A stretch of DNA of 63,989 nt, counting the filler, from Myxococcota bacterium (lineage in GTDB: Bacteria; Myxococcota; Myxococcia; Myxococcales; Myxococcaceae), in the NCBI GenBank assembly GCA_049322255.1. It is 3 parts of 3 records of this genome, joined end to end, with 100 filler letters (N's around TTAATTAATTAA, not from the genome) between each part and the next. Parts side by side here need not be neighbours in the genome. Positions count along the whole stretch, not along the records: positions 47,880 to 63,989 come from JBMORE010000095.1; 2 more parts are not named here. One strand, 5' to 3'. The notes beneath the pieces were generated by a model. The model had not been told where the DNA came from. It saw only the letters and a list, made by a program, of their open reading frames with translations, and did no database searches. Both the position numbers and the translations under genes were made by a program. Of this stretch, positions 59,895-63,989 are shown piece after piece. Positions within the stretch are counted from its first letter, which is position 1, and the number at the start of each line of letters is the position of its first letter.

Positions 59895-62800
59895 TGTCGT
59901 CCGAGGAACTCCCCAAGGCCTACGACCCCACCGAGGTGGAGAGTCGCTGGTATCCGATCTGGATGGAGCGGGGGTACTTCCGCGCCGACGCCGAGTCGAA
60001 GAAGCCGCCGTTTTGCATCGTGCTGCCGCCCCCCAACGTCACCGGGTCTTTGCACTTGGGGCACGCGCTCACCGCGACCATTCAGGACATCCTCACCCGC
60101 TGGAAGCGGATGAGCGGGTACAACGCCTTGTGGCTGCCGGGCACCGACCATGCGGGCATCGCCACCCAGATGGTGGTCGAGCGCGAGCTCAAGAAAACCG
60201 AAGGCAAGAGCCGCCACGACCTGGGCCGCGCGGCGTTTCTTCAACGCGTGTGGAAGTGGAAGGAGAAGTACGGCGCGCGCATCGGTGAGCAGCACAAAGT
60301 GCTGGGCGCCTCGCTCGACTGGAGCCGCGAGCGCTTCACCATGGACGAGGGGCTGTCGGCGGCGGTGCGCGAGGTATTCGTACGCCTGCACGAGGAGGGG
60401 CTCATCTACCGGGCCCAGAAGCTCATCAACTGGTGCCCCTCGTGCATGACCGCGCTCTCCGATCTCGAGGTGGAGCACGAGGAGAAGGAAGGCTCGCTGT
60501 GGCACCTCGCCTACCCGGTGAAGGGGAGCGACCGGACGCTGGTGGTGGCCACCACCCGCCCGGAGACGATGCTCGGCGACACCGCCGTGGCGATTCACCC
60601 GGAAGACCCTCGGTACGCCGATCTTGCGGGCCAGACGGTGGTGCTGCCGCTTTTGGGCCGAGAGATTCCCATCATCGCCGATGCCCAGTTGGTGCAGAGG
60701 GAGTTCGGCACCGGAGTGGTGAAGGTCACTCCGGCGCACGACTTCAACGACTACCAGACCGGGCTGCGGCACCGCTTGCCGATGATCTCGGTTCTCGACG
60801 AGTCCGCGCGCACCAACGAAGCGGCCGGGCCGTACGCCGGGCTCGACCGTTACCGGGCGCGGGAGCGTGTGCTCGAAGACCTCGCCGCTCAAGGCCGATT
60901 GATCAAGGTCGAGCCGCACGAGCTCTCGGTGGGCACCTGCCAGCGCTGCGCCACGGTGGTCGAGCCGCGGCTGTCGCCGCAGTGGTTCGTGAAGATCGAG
61001 CCTTTGGCCAAGCCGGCGATCGCCGCCGTCGAGCAAGGGAAGACCACCTTCATCCCTCCGACGTGGACGCAGACCTACTTCGCGTGGATGAAGAACATTC
61101 ACGACTGGTGCATCAGCCGCCAACTGTGGTGGGGACACCAGATTCCCGCGTACTACTGCCGCTCGTGCAGCCCGCGGCTTGCCAGCGGGGCGATTGATTT
61201 GGCCCATGCGACCCCGGTGGTGTCACGCACCACGCCGGGAAAGTGCGGCAAGTGCGGCGCCTCCGAGTGGGAGCAAGACCCCGACGTGCTCGACACCTGG
61301 TTCTCCTCGGGGCTGTGGCCGTTCTCCACCTTGGGCTGGCCGCAAAAGACGCCCGAGCTCTCCACCTTCTATCCCACGTCGGTGATGGAGACCGGCCACG
61401 ACATCATCTTCTTCTGGGTCGCCCGGATGATGATGATGGGCCTGCACTTCATGAAGGACGTGCCCTTTCGCACCGTGTACCTGCACGCGATGGTGCGCGA
61501 CGAGAAGGGCGAGAAGATGTCCAAGGTGAAGGGGAACGTCATCGACCCCCTCGACGTCATTCGCGGCGCCGAGGCCAAGGACCTGTCGCCCAACATCAGG
61601 AACAAGTTCCCCCAAGGCATGCCGGCACACGGCGCCGATGCCCTGCGCTTCACCTTGGCTGCGCTCACCATGCAGGGGCGCGACATCAAGCTCTCGCTCG
61701 ACCGGGTCACCGGTTACAAGGCCTTCGCCAACAAACTGTGGAACGCGGCGCGCTTCGCTCTGATGAACATGGGCGAGTTTCGCTACGACGGTGCCTTCAT
61801 CAAGGACGGGCGGGTGTTGTCGCTCGCCGACCGGTGGATTCTCTCCCGCCTCCACCGCGCCATCGCCGCCACCCAGGAGGCGCTCGGCGCCTTCCAATTC
61901 GCCGAAGGCGCCGGCACCCTCTATCAGTTCCTCTGGCACGAGCTCTGTGACTGGTACATCGAGCTCTCCAAGGGCGCCCTCTACGGCGACGACCAGGCGG
62001 CGAAGGACGCCACCCGGGCGGTGCTGGTGTTCTGCCTCGATCGCGTCTTGCGACTGCTCCACCCGTTCATGCCCTTCATCACCGAGGAGATTTGGCAGAA
62101 GCTGCCGATGGTGCGCCCCGCCGAGTCGATCATGATCGCCAGCTACCCCGAGCCCGACCGTCGCCTCGACGACCCCGAGGCCGAGCGCGAGATGCGGCCG
62201 GTGATCTCCGCCATCGAGGGGGTGCGCAACATCCGCGGTGAGTCGAACCTGCCGCCCTCGGCCCGCGTGGAGGCGCACGTTCAAACCCCCAGCCCACAAA
62301 CGCGGGAGACGCTGGAAAAGTGGAAGACCTACCTCATGCCGCTGGCAGGGCTGTCGGCGGTGCACGTGACGGCTCCCGGGCGAAAGCCCACCATGGCCGC
62401 TGCCTACGTCGACGGGCAGATGGAAATCTTCGTGCCCCTGGCCGGCCTCATCGATCTCGACGAAGAGCGCAACCGCTTGAAGAAAGAGATTGACCGCGCC
62501 GACGAAGAGCTCGCGGGGCTGAAGAAGAAGCTGGCGAACCCTCAATTCGTCGCCCGCGCTCCCGCCGAAGTCGTGGAGAAGGACCGCGCCCGGGTCTTGG
62601 AGCTCGAGGCGCGCAGGAGCAAGCTTTCGCAGAATTTGGAGCGCATCGCCCCGGAGAAGACCATGCCCAATGAGAAGAGCTCCCCGCCCAACGGCAACAC
62701 CGAGTCGGAAGTCGCCAGTATCGTCACCAACCCCGAGACCGCGTCGGTGAAGATTTCTCCGCCCGCCGAGGGAAGTGTCGATCTGTCGCATGACCTCAAG

Positions 62801-63127
62801 GGCGACCTCGAAGGGGTGAAGGTGCCGGAGCACGTCGACCCGCAAGTGGCCGAGGCGCTCAAGAAGCTGCGGGAGGGGACCAAAGAGGGGTTGTCCTCCT
62901 CCGATCACTACGACCTCGGTGTGGCGTACATGGGAATGGGCCTGGTCGACGATGCGGTGCGCGAGTTCAACGAGGCCAAGAAGGGCGCCAAGAAACCCGC
63001 GAAGAAGAAGCCGGTGAAGAAGGCCGCGGTGAAGGCAGCCAAGAAGGTCGTGCGGAAAGCGAAGAAGGCCGCCAAGAAGGTGAAGAAGCCGGCGAAGAAG
63101 GCGGTCAGGAAGAAGGGCCGCCGCTAG
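59894..63127 (+). CDS. valS: Valine--tRNA ligase with extra ~155-aa C-terminal module
   Basis: [34 protein letters not shown]-terminal coiled coil, then TPR-like and Lys/Ala-rich tail. Confidence 0.97.
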   Translation: MSSEELPKAYDPTEVESRWYPIWMERGYFRADAESKKPPFCIVLPPPNVTGSLHLGHALTATIQDILTRWKRMSGYNALWLPGTDHAGIATQMVVERELKKTEGKSRHDLGRAAFLQRVWKWKEKYGARIGEQHKVLGASLDWSRERFTMDEGLSAAVREVFVRLHEEGLIYRAQKLINWCPSCMTALSDLEVEHEEKEGSLWHLAYPVKGSDRTLVVATTRPETMLGDTAVAIHPEDPRYADLAGQTVVLPLLGREIPIIADAQLVQREFGTGVVKVTPAHDFNDYQTGLRHRLPMISVLDESARTNEAAGPYAGLDRYRARERVLEDLAAQGRLIKVEPHELSVGTCQRCATVVEPRLSPQWFVKIEPLAKPAIAAVEQGKTTFIPPTWTQTYFAWMKNIHDWCISRQLWWGHQIPAYYCRSCSPRLASGAIDLAHATPVVSRTTPGKCGKCGASEWEQDPDVLDTWFSSGLWPFSTLGWPQKTPELSTFYPTSVMETGHDIIFFWVARMMMMGLHFMKDVPFRTVYLHAMVRDEKGEKMSKVKGNVIDPLDVIRGAEAKDLSPNIRNKFPQGMPAHGADALRFTLAALTMQGRDIKLSLDRVTGYKAFANKLWNAARFALMNMGEFRYDGAFIKDGRVLSLADRWILSRLHRAIAATQEALGAFQFAEGAGTLYQFLWHELCDWYIELSKGALYGDDQAAKDATRAVLVFCLDRVLRLLHPFMPFITEEIWQKLPMVRPAESIMIASYPEPDRRLDDPEAEREMRPVISAIEGVRNIRGESNLPPSARVEAHVQTPSPQTRETLEKWKTYLMPLAGLSAVHVTAPGRKPTMAAAYVDGQMEIFVPLAGLIDLDEERNRLKKEIDRADEELAGLKKKLANPQFVARAPAEVVEKDRARVLELEARRSKLSQNLERIAPEKTMPNEKSSPPNGNTESEVASIVTNPETASVKISPPAEGSVDLSHDLKGDLEGVKVPEHVDPQVAEALKKLREGTKEGLSSSDHYDLGVAYMGMGLVDDAVREFNEAKKGAKKPAKKKPVKKAAVKAAKKVVRKAKKAAKKVKKPAKKAVRKKGRR

Positions 63128-63130
63128 AAA

Positions 63131-63166
63131 TCTCCCTCTCCCCCGGGAGAGGGTTGGGGTGAGGGG
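63131..63166 (-). repeat. REP-like palindromic repeat between valS and nadC
   Basis: TCTCCCTCTCCCCCGGGAGAGGGTTGGGGTGAGGGG. Confidence 0.78.
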
Positions 63167-63173
63167 CGCCAAC

Positions 63174-63989
63174 GTGCACAACGATTATCTCGATCGCCTG
63201 ATCGACCTCGCCCTCGACGAAGATCTCGGCGTCGCCGGAGACGTCACTACCGAGGCGCTCGTTCCTCCTCAGTCGCAGGGCCGCGCCGAGCTGTGGGCCA
63301 AGGAGCCGATGGTCCTCTCGGGCCTCGAGGCCTTCGAGCGGGTTTTCCACCGAGTCGAGCCCACGGTGGAGGTGCGATTGGAGCGCCACGACGGCGACAA
63401 GGCAGGGCCCAAGACCCGGGTGGCGACGGTGAAGGGGCGGCTGCGCGCCCTGCTCATCGCCGAGCGAACCGCCCTCAACCTCGTGCAGCGCGCGTGCGGC
63501 ATTGCCACGCTGACACGCCAGGCCGTGGAGGTCGTGAGGGGCACCTCGCTCAAAATCCTCGATACACGCAAGACGGCGCCCGGCCTGCGCGGGCTGGCGA
63601 AGGCGGCGGTTCGTCACGGCGGAGGGGTAAACCACCGCTTCGGCCTCTTCGATGGCGTGCTCATCAAGGACAACCATCTCGCCGCCGTCGGCGGGTCGGT
63701 ACGCGAGGCGCTGCGGCGGGCCAAGGCGAACGCTCCACGGTTGGTGAAAGTGGAGATCGAGGTCACCACCCTCGAGCAGCTGCGCGAGGCGGTGGTCGAG
63801 GGCGCCGACGTGGTGATGCTCGACAACATGAGCGACGAGGCGTTGCGCGACGCCGTGAAGCTGGCGGCGGGCCGGGTTCAGCTCGAGGTGTCAGGCGGAG
63901 TCACCCTCGAGCGGCTACCTCAGCTCGCCAAGCTGGGGGTGGACTACGTCTCGATGGGAGCGCTCACCCACTCGGCGCGGGCGATGGAC
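63174..63989 (+). CDS. nadC: Nicotinate-nucleotide pyrophosphorylase (carboxylating), runs off the window end
   Basis: LALDEDLG..GDVTT, ERTALN, ILDTRKTAPGLR, NHRFGLFD.VLIKDNH, VMLDNM, SMGALTHS (translated manually; not in the ORF track). Confidence 0.96.
   Translation, partial: MHNDYLDRLIDLALDEDLGVAGDVTTEALVPPQSQGRAELWAKEPMVLSGLEAFERVFHRVEPTVEVRLERHDGDKAGPKTRVATVKGRLRALLIAERTALNLVQRACGIATLTRQAVEVVRGTSLKILDTRKTAPGLRGLAKAAVRHGGGVNHRFGLFDGVLIKDNHLAAVGGSVREALRRAKANAPRLVKVEIEVTTLEQLREAVVEGADVVMLDNMSDEALRDAVKLAAGRVQLEVSGGVTLERLPQLAKLGVDYVSMGALTHSARAMD

Overview
This window is high-GC myxobacterial DNA (Myxococcales-like: RomR, EncC, SinK-like kinase, GroEL2, MYXO-CTERM proteins). It is not contiguous. 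Two artificial linkers (N44-TTAATTAATTAA-N44 at 24025-24124 and 47780-47879) join three contigs, and a 100-N scaffold gap lies at 20057-20156. Contig 1 carries tandem Hsp20 genes, a wHTH + nucleotidyltransferase (AbiE-like) pair flanked by 26-bp direct repeats, a lipid A-type acyltransferase, a Lol-like ABC/LolA-like/outer-membrane protein operon, and a 14-kb type III secretion cluster cut at sctU. The cluster has injectisome parts and gene order (E-F-G-like, sctIJ(K)LNOPQRSTU) but keeps flagellar-type elements: a FliA-like sigma factor, a perfect sigma-28 -10 box before an elongated needle/filament-like gene, a possible FlgM-like protein, FliO and a signal-peptide-bearing FliP/SctR. This is the most interesting system in the window. 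Contig 2 is accessory-rich: Ser/Thr kinase, two convergent MYXO-CTERM proteins, ettA, an RHH/MazF toxin-antitoxin pair, GT39, a TonB receptor plus lipoprotein, PLD, HAD, a RapA-like helicase, an amidase, a cytochrome c-copper monooxygenase and a pseudokinase. Contig 3 is a core myxobacterial block: apt, mtnP, response regulator, CIRCE-groEL2, sinM/sinK-like, encC, GGDEF, CheW-like, romR, valS with an extra C-terminal module, and nadC. All family assignments come from motif recognition by eye; no database searches were run.
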